Shown: piece by piece, positions 9,235 through 19,180 of the stretch
Layout of the letters: the number at the start of each line of letters is the position of its first letter
Numbering within the stretch: position 1 is the stretch's first letter
Virus record (IMG/VR): IMGVR_UViG_3300025767_000004
DNA: 64,000 nucleotides
Strand: one strand, 5' to 3'
Source: an uncultured virus (IMG/VR IMGVR_UViG_3300025767_000004)
Taxonomy: Duplodnaviria; Heunggongvirae; Uroviricota; Caudoviricetes
Notes under the pieces: generated by a model
The model's input: only the letters and a program-made list of their open reading frames with translations
What the model was told of the DNA's origin: nothing
Database searches by the model: none
Position numbers and translations under genes: made by a program

Positions 9235-9718
9235 TGTTCTAATACTCTCAACCTTAGGTTGTGAAGCGGAATATGAGATGGAGACGTACCCAACACTTAG
9301 TGGGTCGTATAAAGTCGAGTTTATATCCGCAACAGGTCAAAACTTAATTACTGGTCAGGTTATAGATACTATGATTGTCGCTGGTAGTTTTTCAATGAAA
9401 GACCCAATCGAACCTTTTGATATATTAGATATCGGTGAGAGAATTCATTTTACTAATAGTAACGTTTACGGAGGATACTACCTATCAAACTTAGGAGATG
9501 AATGGGAATATAACTTTCATTATTATGTTCATCGTGATTTAATTACAGGGGCGTATCGAAGAATTGAAATTGATTACTTCAATACAAAAAGGGTTTTTAC
9601 TATTGTTGCCGATGGAGTTGATTATCTGATACTATCGAGTTCAGGTCAATGGGAAGATGGTTCACCTGAAAAAACTTTTACTAAGTTCACCATGCATTTA
9701 GAAAGAATCGGACCTTAA
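9191..9718 (+). CDS. Putative lipoprotein
   Basis: Hydrophobic signal ending LGC; beta-rich mature part. Confidence 0.65.
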   Translation: MKDLKTSIYRFIVYSVLILSTLGCEAEYEMETYPTLSGSYKVEFISATGQNLITGQVIDTMIVAGSFSMKDPIEPFDILDIGERIHFTNSNVYGGYYLSNLGDEWEYNFHYYVHRDLITGAYRRIEIDYFNTKRVFTIVADGVDYLILSSSGQWEDGSPEKTFTKFTMHLERIGP

Positions 9719-9733
9719 GTCCGATTTTTTTAT

Positions 9734-10186
9734 TTAGTTAGATACCGTACTTTCGTCGATATCATCAGGATTTACACCTTCAGGGTAAATGTCATTACCT
9801 AATTTAGCGAACTTCTTAACTATTTCACCCGCTTTAGCATTTGCCTCATCTTCTATTGGACCTCCAACATCTGCAGGTTTCTCATCCAACTGACCATTTT
9901 CAAATTGCATGTGATGGGTCATTTCGTGAGCAATAGAACGAAGTATGTCTACTAATTGTCTGTCCCTACAATACACTTTAATAGATGATTGTTCACCACC
10001 ACCGTAGTTATACACTGCAGTCGTTTTAATACCATTCTTATCGTTTTGTAAGTTAACAGTAATTTCTTCTTTAATACCTAACTCTCTCATCGTAAATTTG
10101 ACAAAGTCCTCAATAAGTTTCTTATCGTTAGATTCAAACTGAGCTTGGTATTTAATTTCTTCCTTAAGTAGTGATATAAACTTCAT
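9734..10186 (-). CDS. Zinc metallopeptidase-like protein (HExxH)
   Basis: AHEMTHHMQ and downstream EDEANA; TATTTAT upstream. Confidence 0.7.
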   Translation of the reverse strand: MKFISLLKEEIKYQAQFESNDKKLIEDFVKFTMRELGIKEEITVNLQNDKNGIKTTAVYNYGGGEQSSIKVYCRDRQLVDILRSIAHEMTHHMQFENGQLDEKPADVGGPIEDEANAKAGEIVKKFAKLGNDIYPEGVNPDDIDESTVSN

Positions 10187-10197
10187 ACTAATAAATA

Positions 10198-10464
10198 CTA
10201 CAAAATCTCTTCTTCGGGAACATCATTTTCATTAAATGATAAAAAATGTTCTAAGATGTCATAGATATAATCCTCGTCCTCTAAAATCTCTTCAACTGAC
10301 ATATCATCAATTAATGAAGGAAGTGGTAGATTAGATATAACACCTTCATTATCTAAATTTAATATTCGATAACTAACCTCTGAGTCATTCTCTAAAGAGA
10401 ATTGTATCGTAAGTTCTTCTGTGTCGACCTCATAATTAAAGTCGTAAATTTCTTTTATTTTCAT
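10198..10464 (-). CDS. Acidic hypothetical protein
   Basis: ATG at 10464 (MKIKEIY); resembles the divergent neighbour. Confidence 0.6.
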   Translation of the reverse strand: MKIKEIYDFNYEVDTEELTIQFSLENDSEVSYRILNLDNEGVISNLPLPSLIDDMSVEEILEDEDYIYDILEHFLSFNENDVPEEEIL

Positions 10465-10520
10465 ATTGTTAAATATTACGTTATTTGATTTATTATAAAT
10501 CTTATCGTATATTAAATACA

Positions 10521-10868
10521 ATGAAACTAACAAAAGTACGTGTAATTAATGAATGGTATGAGATAGATGGGTTTATACATATCGATTTTATGATGGATAA
10601 AGATTACCATAATCTCGACTATACTGATTCGCATGCTCGTATATTGAATGTGGATATTGATGAGTTCAGACAATATATTGACGGTATGGGATTATTAGAA
10701 ACCACCCAAGATAGATGGGACTATGGTTCAGAATCTCATTATACCATTGATAGTGTTATGGATTTTGACGAATGGATGGATAACTATATGGATGACCAAA
10801 TAGTTAGACAATACGTTTTAGATTATATGAAGGAGGGTAATACCCCCGACTTAATGGTATTAGATTAA
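10521..10868 (+). CDS. Acidic hypothetical protein
   Basis: ATG at 10521 (MKLTKV). Confidence 0.65.
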   Translation: MKLTKVRVINEWYEIDGFIHIDFMMDKDYHNLDYTDSHARILNVDIDEFRQYIDGMGLLETTQDRWDYGSESHYTIDSVMDFDEWMDNYMDDQIVRQYVLDYMKEGNTPDLMVLD

Positions 10869-11716
10869 ACTTTAATAGTTTTATCAATTAACGCTAAAAT
10901 TTCATTACCCGTTAAAAACGACTCACCTAAATATGTTGACTGTGTACCACCTATAGGTGATGTATAGTCCCCAACGAACTCTTCAAACTCTCTTTTAGAC
11001 CCAAATGCTAATTTATCGTCTTTGTTATCCGTGGCGTGATACAAGTAAACTCCCTTTTTATTCTTTCTAATAAATTCATAAAATTTCTCGCCATATTCAA
11101 AAGACTCAGGAAAATCATTTTCCTCTTCATAGTCCAATGTTATATCTGCTTCTTTTTCAAAACTCTTGGTGAACTTAGTTATGAATTGTTCTAAGAATAG
11201 GGCACCCTTAAATGTGGCTCCCATTATTAAGTAGTTGAATATATTATCGATATTGAAATCTGTATTTCTACCCATCAACTCGTTGATTCCTGTCATAAGT
11301 GGGTGTAATATACTAGCAAACCCTAATATTCCTGAAACGGTACCCGCAGTATACCCCATATCCTTTAATACCCCACTACCGATTTTAAGTAGTTTGGTTA
11401 TTTTATTTGTAGTCTCACTTACTTTGTTTTGAATGTTTTGAGATTCTAAATATTTTTTTAGTTCCTGTCCTCCTTTAAACCTATCGTATGATTTAAAGAT
11501 AAATTGACAAGTACCTGCAACTATCAGTGAGGTAATTTGGTCCTGAGTTAATTCAGGGTTACCGCCCACTAAAAAGGTATTTATCGGTTCAAATGTTGCG
11601 TCGATAACTAATGAAAATGTTGGGATTAATCTAAGGTTAAATAAAATAGATTTAACGGTATCGTCCTTTGTTGACTTTAAAAGTTCTTCGACTTTTTTTG
11701 ATTGGTATTTGCTCAT
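10865..11716 (-). CDS. Hypothetical protein with hydrophobic segments
   Basis: 283-aa ORF. Confidence 0.65.
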   Translation of the reverse strand: MSKYQSKKVEELLKSTKDDTVKSILFNLRLIPTFSLVIDATFEPINTFLVGGNPELTQDQITSLIVAGTCQFIFKSYDRFKGGQELKKYLESQNIQNKVSETTNKITKLLKIGSGVLKDMGYTAGTVSGILGFASILHPLMTGINELMGRNTDFNIDNIFNYLIMGATFKGALFLEQFITKFTKSFEKEADITLDYEEENDFPESFEYGEKFYEFIRKNKKGVYLYHATDNKDDKLAFGSKREFEEFVGDYTSPIGGTQSTYLGESFLTGNEILALIDKTIKV

Positions 11717-11940
11717 AACATGTCTTTTATTCTTTTGGGTAATGTATTACGGTTTTTTGCCCACTTCATTTGTAATTTAAAACTGGTTCTTATTTGAGAA
11801 TCTTCTTCATCAGTGATAATATTACCGTCAGTGTAAACTTTATACATTAATAAATCTAAGAATTTGTTTTTAGTTGCTTTATTATGTTCCATATTTTACA
11901 TACCTTTTATACAATAATAAATATAGTCAAACAATAATAA

Positions 11941-12546
11941 ATGGAAGTTAACGTAATAATCATAGACAATTTTTATCAGGACCCTGACTCGGTTAGAGAG
12001 TTTGCTCTTAATCAAGAGTTTGGTGTTCAAGGTAATTACCCTGGTAATCGTACCATATCTTTTTTAGATGATGAATTAAAACACTATATAAATTCAATAA
12101 TTAAACCCCACGATGGTGAAGTAGTTTACTGGGGAGATAGTGAGGAATCATGTTATACAGGAGCGTTCCAACTAACAACCGCACAGGACAGAACGTGGAT
12201 ACATTCTGACCAAACAACGGGTTGGGCCGGTGTTTGTTATCTAACCCCTAACGCTCCACATACAGGAGGTACAGGACTATTCAGACATAAGGAAACTGGG
12301 TTATATAAAGTCCCTAGAGATGAGTATGGTAATAAAGTAAGTTACGACCACGAATTAATGGATGAAGTTAGTAGGGATTATCAAGACTACACTAAATGGG
12401 AAAGGGTTGATACCGTAGGTAACGTTTATAATAGATTGGTACTTTATCGTGGAGATATTTTCCACGCATCCTTAGATTACTTTGGTAATGATTTAGATGA
12501 TGGTAGATTGTTCCAAACGTTCTTCTTCAGTACTGAAAACTCTTAA
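11941..12546 (+). CDS. DUF6445-like 2OG-Fe(II) oxygenase
   Basis: IIDNFY.DPD, YPG.R, WIHSD, GT.LFRH, NRLVLY...FH, RLFQTFF. Confidence 0.75.
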   Translation: MEVNVIIIDNFYQDPDSVREFALNQEFGVQGNYPGNRTISFLDDELKHYINSIIKPHDGEVVYWGDSEESCYTGAFQLTTAQDRTWIHSDQTTGWAGVCYLTPNAPHTGGTGLFRHKETGLYKVPRDEYGNKVSYDHELMDEVSRDYQDYTKWERVDTVGNVYNRLVLYRGDIFHASLDYFGNDLDDGRLFQTFFFSTENS

Positions 12547-12550
12547 AAAC

Positions 12551-12582
12551 AAAAAAAGAGGGCTTAATGTCCTCTTTTTTTT
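12551..12582. terminator. Bidirectional terminator
   Basis: A7-GAGGGC-TTAAT-GTCCTC-T-run between convergent genes. Confidence 0.7.
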
Positions 12583-12604
12583 GTTATATGTTTTTTTATT
12601 TAAA

Positions 12605-13867
12605 TTATAAGTTTTTTAAATGTGGTGGTAATAAACTAACTGGTATACCGAATTTCTTTTTTTCGGGTTTTCCTTTAAAGTTACGACCATCAATACTAAA
12701 TTCGTATCCACTAGTATGTGCCCACGTTTCGTAACCCCTATTAAGAACTTGTCCTATTTGGAATGGGAACCTTACCTTATATGGGTTATCAATACTAACA
12801 ATTTCACCGTTAGGGTGTTTTTCTACTGTTAATGTTACTCTAGGGTTAACTATCTTTCTAAATATTACTTTATCGACTCTTCTATTCATAAACGAATCAC
12901 TTTCATTAAGACTATTAAGTTTATTTGAAATTTCGTCTTTATTAGAGTATATGTACGCCAATACTTCAGGTCTCAAATACTTCTTAACCTCGTCATTGAA
13001 TATATCATATACTTGGTCAATATCTCTTTCTCCGCCATCGACAGGTAAATACTCATCGACTTCTTCCTTTGATACTTTAGGGAATTTTATGGTGTGTTCT
13101 TCACTATAGTTAATTTTTAATCCTAAAGAGTTATCACCTATTTTACCAGAAACTGGTTTTTCTGATTTGAAATTTTTAAGTATTTCGTCTTTTACCCTTT
13201 CGATATCATAAATAACATAATTAAATGACCTTTCTTCTTTAATGATATAACAGAACATATATAAAATGTCAGAAGGAAAACAAGTATCTAAAAACTCTCT
13301 TTTAACTGTATCACTATCTTCAGACATTAAAAACTCTTTAACTGTTTCGTAATCAATACCACTCTCATTTTTAAAGTCGTTAAACTTTCTTAGGAATGAA
13401 CCAATACCGTAACGTTCTTTATTATCTTTTACTAACTTCAATGATATCTTCTTCACACCTGAATTTTTACTGATTATAATATCAGAGATAGGGTTTTTAT
13501 CATTATTTTCAGGGTCTTCATATGTTAGTTTTGCGGTAGTGTCTCCGCCAAATAAACCAGCAACCAATCCTTCAAATGCGAAACCTCTACCATCCGTTGT
13601 TGTTGAAAGTCTATTCCAGTATTCGTGAAAACGGATTTTATCTTTTAATTTAAGGGAGTCTGATTCATTAGACCCTAAATCGTATGATTGATTTAACCTT
13701 AAAGAGTATCTCATCTTATTAGTGGATAAAATTCCTCTAATCATATCTGATGATGCGATGTTGTCTGAATGTATACCACCCAATAACTTAATTGCCTTAA
13801 CAATGTAATCCTCAGACGCTTCGTTTAAGATACCTGCAATTTGTTTATTTGTGAATTTTAATTTCAT
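12605..13867 (-). CDS. Hypothetical protein with possible PD-(D/E)XK nuclease domain
   Basis: RGFAFEGLV...SDIII...ISLK pattern; ILNE and LNES motifs flank the domain. Confidence 0.5.
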   Translation of the reverse strand: MKLKFTNKQIAGILNEASEDYIVKAIKLLGGIHSDNIASSDMIRGILSTNKMRYSLRLNQSYDLGSNESDSLKLKDKIRFHEYWNRLSTTTDGRGFAFEGLVAGLFGGDTTAKLTYEDPENNDKNPISDIIISKNSGVKKISLKLVKDNKERYGIGSFLRKFNDFKNESGIDYETVKEFLMSEDSDTVKREFLDTCFPSDILYMFCYIIKEERSFNYVIYDIERVKDEILKNFKSEKPVSGKIGDNSLGLKINYSEEHTIKFPKVSKEEVDEYLPVDGGERDIDQVYDIFNDEVKKYLRPEVLAYIYSNKDEISNKLNSLNESDSFMNRRVDKVIFRKIVNPRVTLTVEKHPNGEIVSIDNPYKVRFPFQIGQVLNRGYETWAHTSGYEFSIDGRNFKGKPEKKKFGIPVSLLPPHLKNL

Positions 13868-13964
13868 AATTAATTAAACGTATAGTATATAAATATTCGA
13901 TTTATTGGGTTTTTTGATTTATCTTTGTCAAATACAATTATAAACATAGTAATTTAAAATTAAA

Positions 13965-14204
13965 ATGGAAGATAATAAGTTTTATGAAGTTTCTAAGGTG
14001 AGTGATATTATTTTTGTAGAAACTAATATTGGTGGAATTATTGAGACAAAAAAGGGTGTGATTATCAATAATCGTGTTGAGATTAGTGAGGGTAATAACT
14101 TTAGTTTTAATGGGGATGTTTATAAAGTCGATACTAAACCTGATGTTATATCATACGGCCCATCAGGATGGGTTAAGGTTACTTTCAGAACAAAAAATCA
14201 CTAA
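13965..14204 (+). CDS. Hypothetical protein
   Basis: 79-aa ORF downstream of TATCTTTG (13920-13927). Confidence 0.6.
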   Translation: MEDNKFYEVSKVSDIIFVETNIGGIIETKKGVIINNRVEISEGNNFSFNGDVYKVDTKPDVISYGPSGWVKVTFRTKNH

Positions 14205-14312
14205 AATGTTGATTTTTTTACGATTAACACATATTTATTAGTATACTCGCAATATTACCGATTTTAATTTACCAAAGTAAGATTGAGAATAACATACCAA
14301 AAACAATATTTT

Positions 14313-14340
14313 AAAAGAACCCTTCGGGGTTCTTTTTTTT
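14313..14340 (+). terminator. Intrinsic terminator
   Basis: AAGAACCC-TTCG-GGGTTCTT with T-run. Confidence 0.8.
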
Positions 14341-14358
14341 GTTGATTAATCTCAAAAT

Positions 14359-14556
14359 ATGTTCTATACTTTTCATATGAACAAAAAGGATAAATGCGTT
14401 ATCTGTGGACAAGACAGTCCCTATTCAATAGACACACCGATTTATAATCGATACGGATACATCGAAGGTGCTGGTCAAGGGTGTGCAACCAATGAAGATA
14501 CGTGTGAAAACAAATTAATCGTTCGTAATAAACAAATTCATTTAATAAAAACATGA
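14359..14556 (+). CDS. Small Cys-containing protein
   Basis: CVICG...RYGYIEGAGQGC; coupled to cysC. Confidence 0.6.
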   Translation: MFYTFHMNKKDKCVICGQDSPYSIDTPIYNRYGYIEGAGQGCATNEDTCENKLIVRNKQIHLIKT

Positions 14557-15008
14557 TATACTGGTTCACAGGACAACCTGGTCACGGTAAGACCGTATTA
14601 GGTAAAACATTAGTAGAGTATTTAAAAATTAATTACCCACATAAGAAAGACATCTTTCATGTGGATGGTGATGACTTAAGGTCTCTCACAGACAATAAGG
14701 ATTATAGTAGAAAAGGTAGAGAGGCCAATATCGAAAGAGCTCAAAACATTTCTCAGTACCTTAACAACAAAGGTTATGACGTAGTAGTTTCGTTAGTAGC
14801 TCCTTACGAAGAAATGAGACAGAATTTTAAAAACCGACTTGACGGAGAGGTAAAAGAGTTCTATGTTCATACTACAGAGATTAGAGGGAGAGAACATTTT
14901 CATAGTGATGAATATGAAAAACCAACTGAAGATTACTTAGATTTAGATACTACGGACACTCCTGTAGAATCTAGCTTGGTAGAAATAATAAACTATATAA
15001 AACTATAA
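14553..15008 (+). CDS. cysC: Adenylyl-sulfate (APS) kinase
   Basis: WFTGQPGHGKT P-loop, DGDDLR, GREANI, SLVAPY, YEKP. Confidence 0.85.
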   Translation: MIYWFTGQPGHGKTVLGKTLVEYLKINYPHKKDIFHVDGDDLRSLTDNKDYSRKGREANIERAQNISQYLNNKGYDVVVSLVAPYEEMRQNFKNRLDGEVKEFYVHTTEIRGREHFHSDEYEKPTEDYLDLDTTDTPVESSLVEIINYIKL

Positions 15009-15011
15009 AAA

Positions 15012-15170
15012 ATGGAAAGCAATTCAATTATTTTCAATATTGATGGATTAGACACACCGATTTTAGAACTTAGAGAAAATGGAGACATTTATGTGAAGGG
15101 TAAATTAATCGAGAATGATGTCGAAGTAGTAGAAGCACTACGAGAATTCATCCAAGAGCAAGTAAACTAA
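15012..15170 (+). CDS. Small hypothetical protein (not in ORF track)
   Basis: MESNSIIFNIDG...ENGDIYVKGKLIENDVEVVEALREFIQEQVN*, 52 aa filling the operon gap. Confidence 0.65.
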   Translation: MESNSIIFNIDGLDTPILELRENGDIYVKGKLIENDVEVVEALREFIQEQVN

Positions 15171-15198
15171 TAAACATTAATTAAAAACAATTTGAACT

Positions 15199-15597
15199 AT
15201 GGCGGAATTTAAAGCAACTGCAGACAAAGAAAGTTCATCGACTGAAAAGAAATATTCTTTCTTTATTGGTAGATGGCAACCTTGGCACGCAGGCCATCGC
15301 TGGTTGATTGACCAGAGACTGAATGAGGGTAAAAATGTATGGATAGCAATTAGAGATGTTAAGCCAGACGATAAGAACCCTTTTACGGCAACCGAAGTAT
15401 TAAAGAATCTAACAACAGAATTAGAAGATTTAATCAGAGAAGGTAGGATATTCATTAATATCGTACCGGACATTGAGTCCATTAATTATGGAAGAGGAGT
15501 GGGATATGATGTTATCGAACACGTACCACCACAACAAATTCACGATATTTCAGCGACTAAGATACGTGAACAAATGAAGGCTGAAGGTAAAATATGA
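15199..15597 (+). CDS. HxGH-family nucleotidyltransferase
   Basis: GRWQPWHAGH, NPF, ISATKIRE. Confidence 0.8.
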   Translation: MAEFKATADKESSSTEKKYSFFIGRWQPWHAGHRWLIDQRLNEGKNVWIAIRDVKPDDKNPFTATEVLKNLTTELEDLIREGRIFINIVPDIESINYGRGVGYDVIEHVPPQQIHDISATKIREQMKAEGKI

Positions 15598-15818
15598 CAA
15601 AAAAAACTAAAGTTTCGTTAAAGAGACACGTTTTAAAAACAATTACATGGCGTATCGTTGGTACGATTGATACTATGGTTTTAGGATGGGTAGTCTCGGG
15701 AGACCCAATAGTTGGGTTAACGATTGGAGGTTTTGAAGTAGTGACTAAAATGATTTTATATTTTTTTCACGAAAGATTATGGTATCGTAGCGATATCGGA
15801 TTAGACAGAGAACAGTAA
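15594..15818 (+). CDS. DUF2061 family membrane protein
   Basis: RHVLKTITWRIVGT...KMILYFFHERLW. Confidence 0.85.
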   Translation: MTKKTKVSLKRHVLKTITWRIVGTIDTMVLGWVVSGDPIVGLTIGGFEVVTKMILYFFHERLWYRSDIGLDREQ

Positions 15819-15823
15819 TAACT

Positions 15824-16165
15824 ATGAAAAATCATTTTGAATGGGATGTGATAATGGAGGAGTATCCACATTCATTTAAGTTTTTTAGAGAGACAGTATT
15901 CCCAAATACTACGATAGTAAACAAAAGTATACTGTCTCTTTATCACGTTAGAAACCTATATAACTTCTTTGATTCTGTTGGTGTATTACTCACCGTAGAA
16001 TGTATTGGTGAGAATATATGGTTAGGTAACATTCAATTGAGGAGTGGTTTTTCATTCTCAGTTTCAGGTTCACATATGAACCGAATTGATTTGGAGGTTG
16101 CTGGATTCACAGAGTGTTTTCAGCAACTTAACAAACGTTTAATAAACTTAAAAAATAAAAAGTAA
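15824..16165 (+). CDS. Hypothetical protein
   Basis: 113-aa ORF in operon. Confidence 0.6.
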   Translation: MKNHFEWDVIMEEYPHSFKFFRETVFPNTTIVNKSILSLYHVRNLYNFFDSVGVLLTVECIGENIWLGNIQLRSGFSFSVSGSHMNRIDLEVAGFTECFQQLNKRLINLKNKK

Positions 16166-16221
16166 TTGTTTTATTTTTTAAAAAACTATGTTAACTTATA
16201 ATAACATAAAATATCAATCTA

Positions 16222-16956
16222 ATGATAAATAAAGAACTAAACGTAAGAGAGCTTAAGTACGATTTCCTTAAAAATGGTATTGTAACCATTAAGGATTGGT
16301 TGGAACCTGAGTATGCGAATAACTTATGGAATCACTTAAATGATATGCCTCAAGATTGGTGGTTTGTATCTTCTAGACCTGCGGTTGACGGGGATATGCA
16401 CGTAACACGATGGATACCAGAAAATGAGAAATACATTAAGGATTCGGATAAAGTCGCAAGGGAATCATTCAATAAAGGAATATTTTCATATTCGTTTAGA
16501 AGAACTAATGATGACCACGTACCTGAATGTCGTTGTCACGAATGTGTCTTTAGAGAAGACTTACTATCTGATGAAGTGGTAGGGTTCTTAGATTATATTA
16601 CGAGTTATAAAGTTACTAAGATTAATGAGTTATTTGCGTCGTGGTATACTGATGGGGATTTCTTAGGACCACATAGTGATGGACCTAACGGAGTTTTAGG
16701 GTTTGTTTATAACTTAAGTAGTGATTGGAAACCTCATTACGGTGGAAATTTACATTTTCAAAATAATGAAGATGAGAGCTTGATTGAGAAAATTAATGTA
16801 CCTAAATTTAACACGTTGACGATGTTTGACCTTTCAACCAGTATGGGACATATGCATTTTGTTTCAGAAGTGGTTAAGGGAGTTCCGTCAAAGAGAATGG
16901 CTTTCGCTGGATGGTGGGGTCAAAACGATGAAAATAAAAATACAATAAATTATTAA
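16222..16956 (+). CDS. 2OG-Fe(II) oxygenase (prolyl-hydroxylase-like)
   Basis: FLGPHSD, W...GG.L, P.FN.L, HFVSEV, R...GW. Confidence 0.8.
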   Translation: MINKELNVRELKYDFLKNGIVTIKDWLEPEYANNLWNHLNDMPQDWWFVSSRPAVDGDMHVTRWIPENEKYIKDSDKVARESFNKGIFSYSFRRTNDDHVPECRCHECVFREDLLSDEVVGFLDYITSYKVTKINELFASWYTDGDFLGPHSDGPNGVLGFVYNLSSDWKPHYGGNLHFQNNEDESLIEKINVPKFNTLTMFDLSTSMGHMHFVSEVVKGVPSKRMAFAGWWGQNDENKNTINY

Positions 16957-16957
16957 T

Positions 16958-17587
16958 ATGAAATTTAAAGACACAGTAGGTTATTTTGAATCTGCATTTA
17001 CAGTTGAAGAGTGTGATGCTCTATTAGAGAGGTTCGAAAGAGCAAAAACATTAAAGTTGGCATATTCAGGTCAATCAGGTATGGGGGTTAATGATAGTAT
17101 CAAAACTTCTACAGATTTCGACCTACTTACGTCACCTATTGAAGATGATATTATTTTTGGGTACAGTGTTATCGAAAAATTTAATGATATCATCATTAAC
17201 CAATACTTAGGTAATTTCCCACATAAAGAAGAATATTCTGCGGGTGATGACTTATTCCAAGCACAAACATTCTACGAGTTATTACAAATTCAAGAATACC
17301 CAAAAGCTAAAGGTCATTATAATGCATGGCACGCAGAAACAGGTAACTTCGAAATGAGTAGACGATTATTCTCATTCTTACTTTATTTAGATGATGTAGA
17401 AGAAGGTGGTGAAACAGATTTCTTATATGTTCAAAATGATGAAGGTGAAATGTTATCAATTCAACCAAAGAAAGGGACTTTATTAATTCACCCAGCATCT
17501 TTCCCATACATACATAGAGGAAGAACACCGGTTAGTGGAGATAAAACAATTTTAACTACGTGGTTATCATATGAACCAGAATACTAA
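16958..17587 (+). CDS. 2OG-Fe(II) oxygenase
   Basis: WHAE, LYLDDVEEGGETDF, PKKG, YIHRG, K.ILTTW. Confidence 0.85.
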   Translation: MKFKDTVGYFESAFTVEECDALLERFERAKTLKLAYSGQSGMGVNDSIKTSTDFDLLTSPIEDDIIFGYSVIEKFNDIIINQYLGNFPHKEEYSAGDDLFQAQTFYELLQIQEYPKAKGHYNAWHAETGNFEMSRRLFSFLLYLDDVEEGGETDFLYVQNDEGEMLSIQPKKGTLLIHPASFPYIHRGRTPVSGDKTILTTWLSYEPEY

Positions 17588-18182
17588 TATAACACAAAAG
17601 ACTTTATCGAGAGCGTTTTATGAGGTTATGTCAGATTTGTCGACCTCAGAAGATGACCCGGTAGTTTTAGGATGGAGAGACAGAGAGAGTCAAACTAAAA
17701 GGTTTGATGTCTTTGTCGACCATTGTGTGAAGAGTGGGGATACAGTTATGGATTTCGGTTGTGGAACTGCTGACCTATACCCATACCTAAAAGATAAAGG
17801 TGTGGATGTTACTTATACAGGTATCGAGATTATGGATAGTTTTATAGGTAAAACAAAAGAAAGATTTAATGATGAAATCCGTATCTTAGATACTAATGTA
17901 CTATTCTTTATGGAGAAATTTGATTGGGTATTTGCCAGTGGAGTTTTTTCTGTTGGATTTACAACTGAGATGTTAATGGAACACATCGAACATTTAGTTT
18001 CTATTTCTAATAAAGGGATATGTTTTAATTTATTAGATAAAAATAACTTTAAAGGTGATGTTCAGGTATCTTTTGAATCTGAAGATATCGTGAATAAGAT
18101 TGATACTCTTATACCTAATTTGACCATAAAGATTATAAACAATTACTCAGATGATGACTTCACGGTTATCATCACCAAATAA
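17571..18182 (+). CDS. Class I SAM-dependent methyltransferase
   Basis: LGW...Q..RF, VMDFGCG, YTGIE, FDWVFASGVF. Confidence 0.8.
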   Translation: MNQNTNITQKTLSRAFYEVMSDLSTSEDDPVVLGWRDRESQTKRFDVFVDHCVKSGDTVMDFGCGTADLYPYLKDKGVDVTYTGIEIMDSFIGKTKERFNDEIRILDTNVLFFMEKFDWVFASGVFSVGFTTEMLMEHIEHLVSISNKGICFNLLDKNNFKGDVQVSFESEDIVNKIDTLIPNLTIKIINNYSDDDFTVIITK

Positions 18183-18283
18183 AAAAATACGGTTTTTACT
18201 ACTTATATAGTGAAAAATATTAATTCTCCGCTTTATTATCTTAAATAATATTCGTAGTTTTGTATAAATAAAAAAATAATAAA

Positions 18284-19180
18284 ATGCCTGATACACAATT
18301 TAAAAGTTTAGCCCTCTTACTATCACATAAGTTAAACGCGATTATAGATAAGGTTAATACGAACACTAACTCTAAAATTTCCAAAAGCGGAGGTGAGTTT
18401 ACAGGTCCTATTGTTTTCTCTTCTATTTCAAGTAATATATACCCATCAAGTTCAAGTGTCTACACTATTGGTAGTGACACATCAATGTATAACAATGTCC
18501 ATACCAATAACTTAAATGTTGGTAATATTCTTAGTATTAATACTGAGAGTGACAGAGTTTCATTCAATTTTAAATCTTCAGATGGTACAGATACAGATAG
18601 TATTCAAATTATTGATGGAGGGTTAGTTAGGATTAATAATTCATATAACTTACCTATTACAGGTGGGGAAGTAGGTCAAACATTATTCTTAGATGAAGAT
18701 GGTGACTTATATTTTGATTTCCCTAATGACGATACAGAGTCTTCAGACTATGCAAAGTATATCTTAGAACAATCGTTTATTGGTGATGGTGAGACAATCG
18801 AATTTACAGTAAGTGCTACAAATCTTAATCAGGTTATGTTTGTGGAGATTAATGGACTAATACAGAAAGAGGGAACGGACTTCACTGTGGATAACAAGAC
18901 TATCACATTTAGTGAACCACCACAAATAGGTACTGAAGGAACTATTAAGTTTTGGGGTAACGATATTAATAGTGTGTTTAGTAAAACAGATATTGTCACA
19001 GATGGTGAGGAAACATCATTTACTACTGATACACCATTAACAACTATCGTATATGTAGAGATTAATGGACTCGTCCAAAAAGAAGGGGTGGATTATAGTG
19101 TGAACGTAGATACGAACACCGTTCTATTTTCAGAACCATTCGGGGAACCTTCTACAGGGACCATCTTATATATCTCCTAA
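18284..19180 (+). CDS. Putative virion fibre/structural protein
   Basis: ISKSGGEFTG fibre-like motif; two C-terminal repeats VEINGL.QKEG.D..V....FSEP. Confidence 0.55.
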   Translation: MPDTQFKSLALLLSHKLNAIIDKVNTNTNSKISKSGGEFTGPIVFSSISSNIYPSSSSVYTIGSDTSMYNNVHTNNLNVGNILSINTESDRVSFNFKSSDGTDTDSIQIIDGGLVRINNSYNLPITGGEVGQTLFLDEDGDLYFDFPNDDTESSDYAKYILEQSFIGDGETIEFTVSATNLNQVMFVEINGLIQKEGTDFTVDNKTITFSEPPQIGTEGTIKFWGNDINSVFSKTDIVTDGEETSFTTDTPLTTIVYVEINGLVQKEGVDYSVNVDTNTVLFSEPFGEPSTGTILYIS

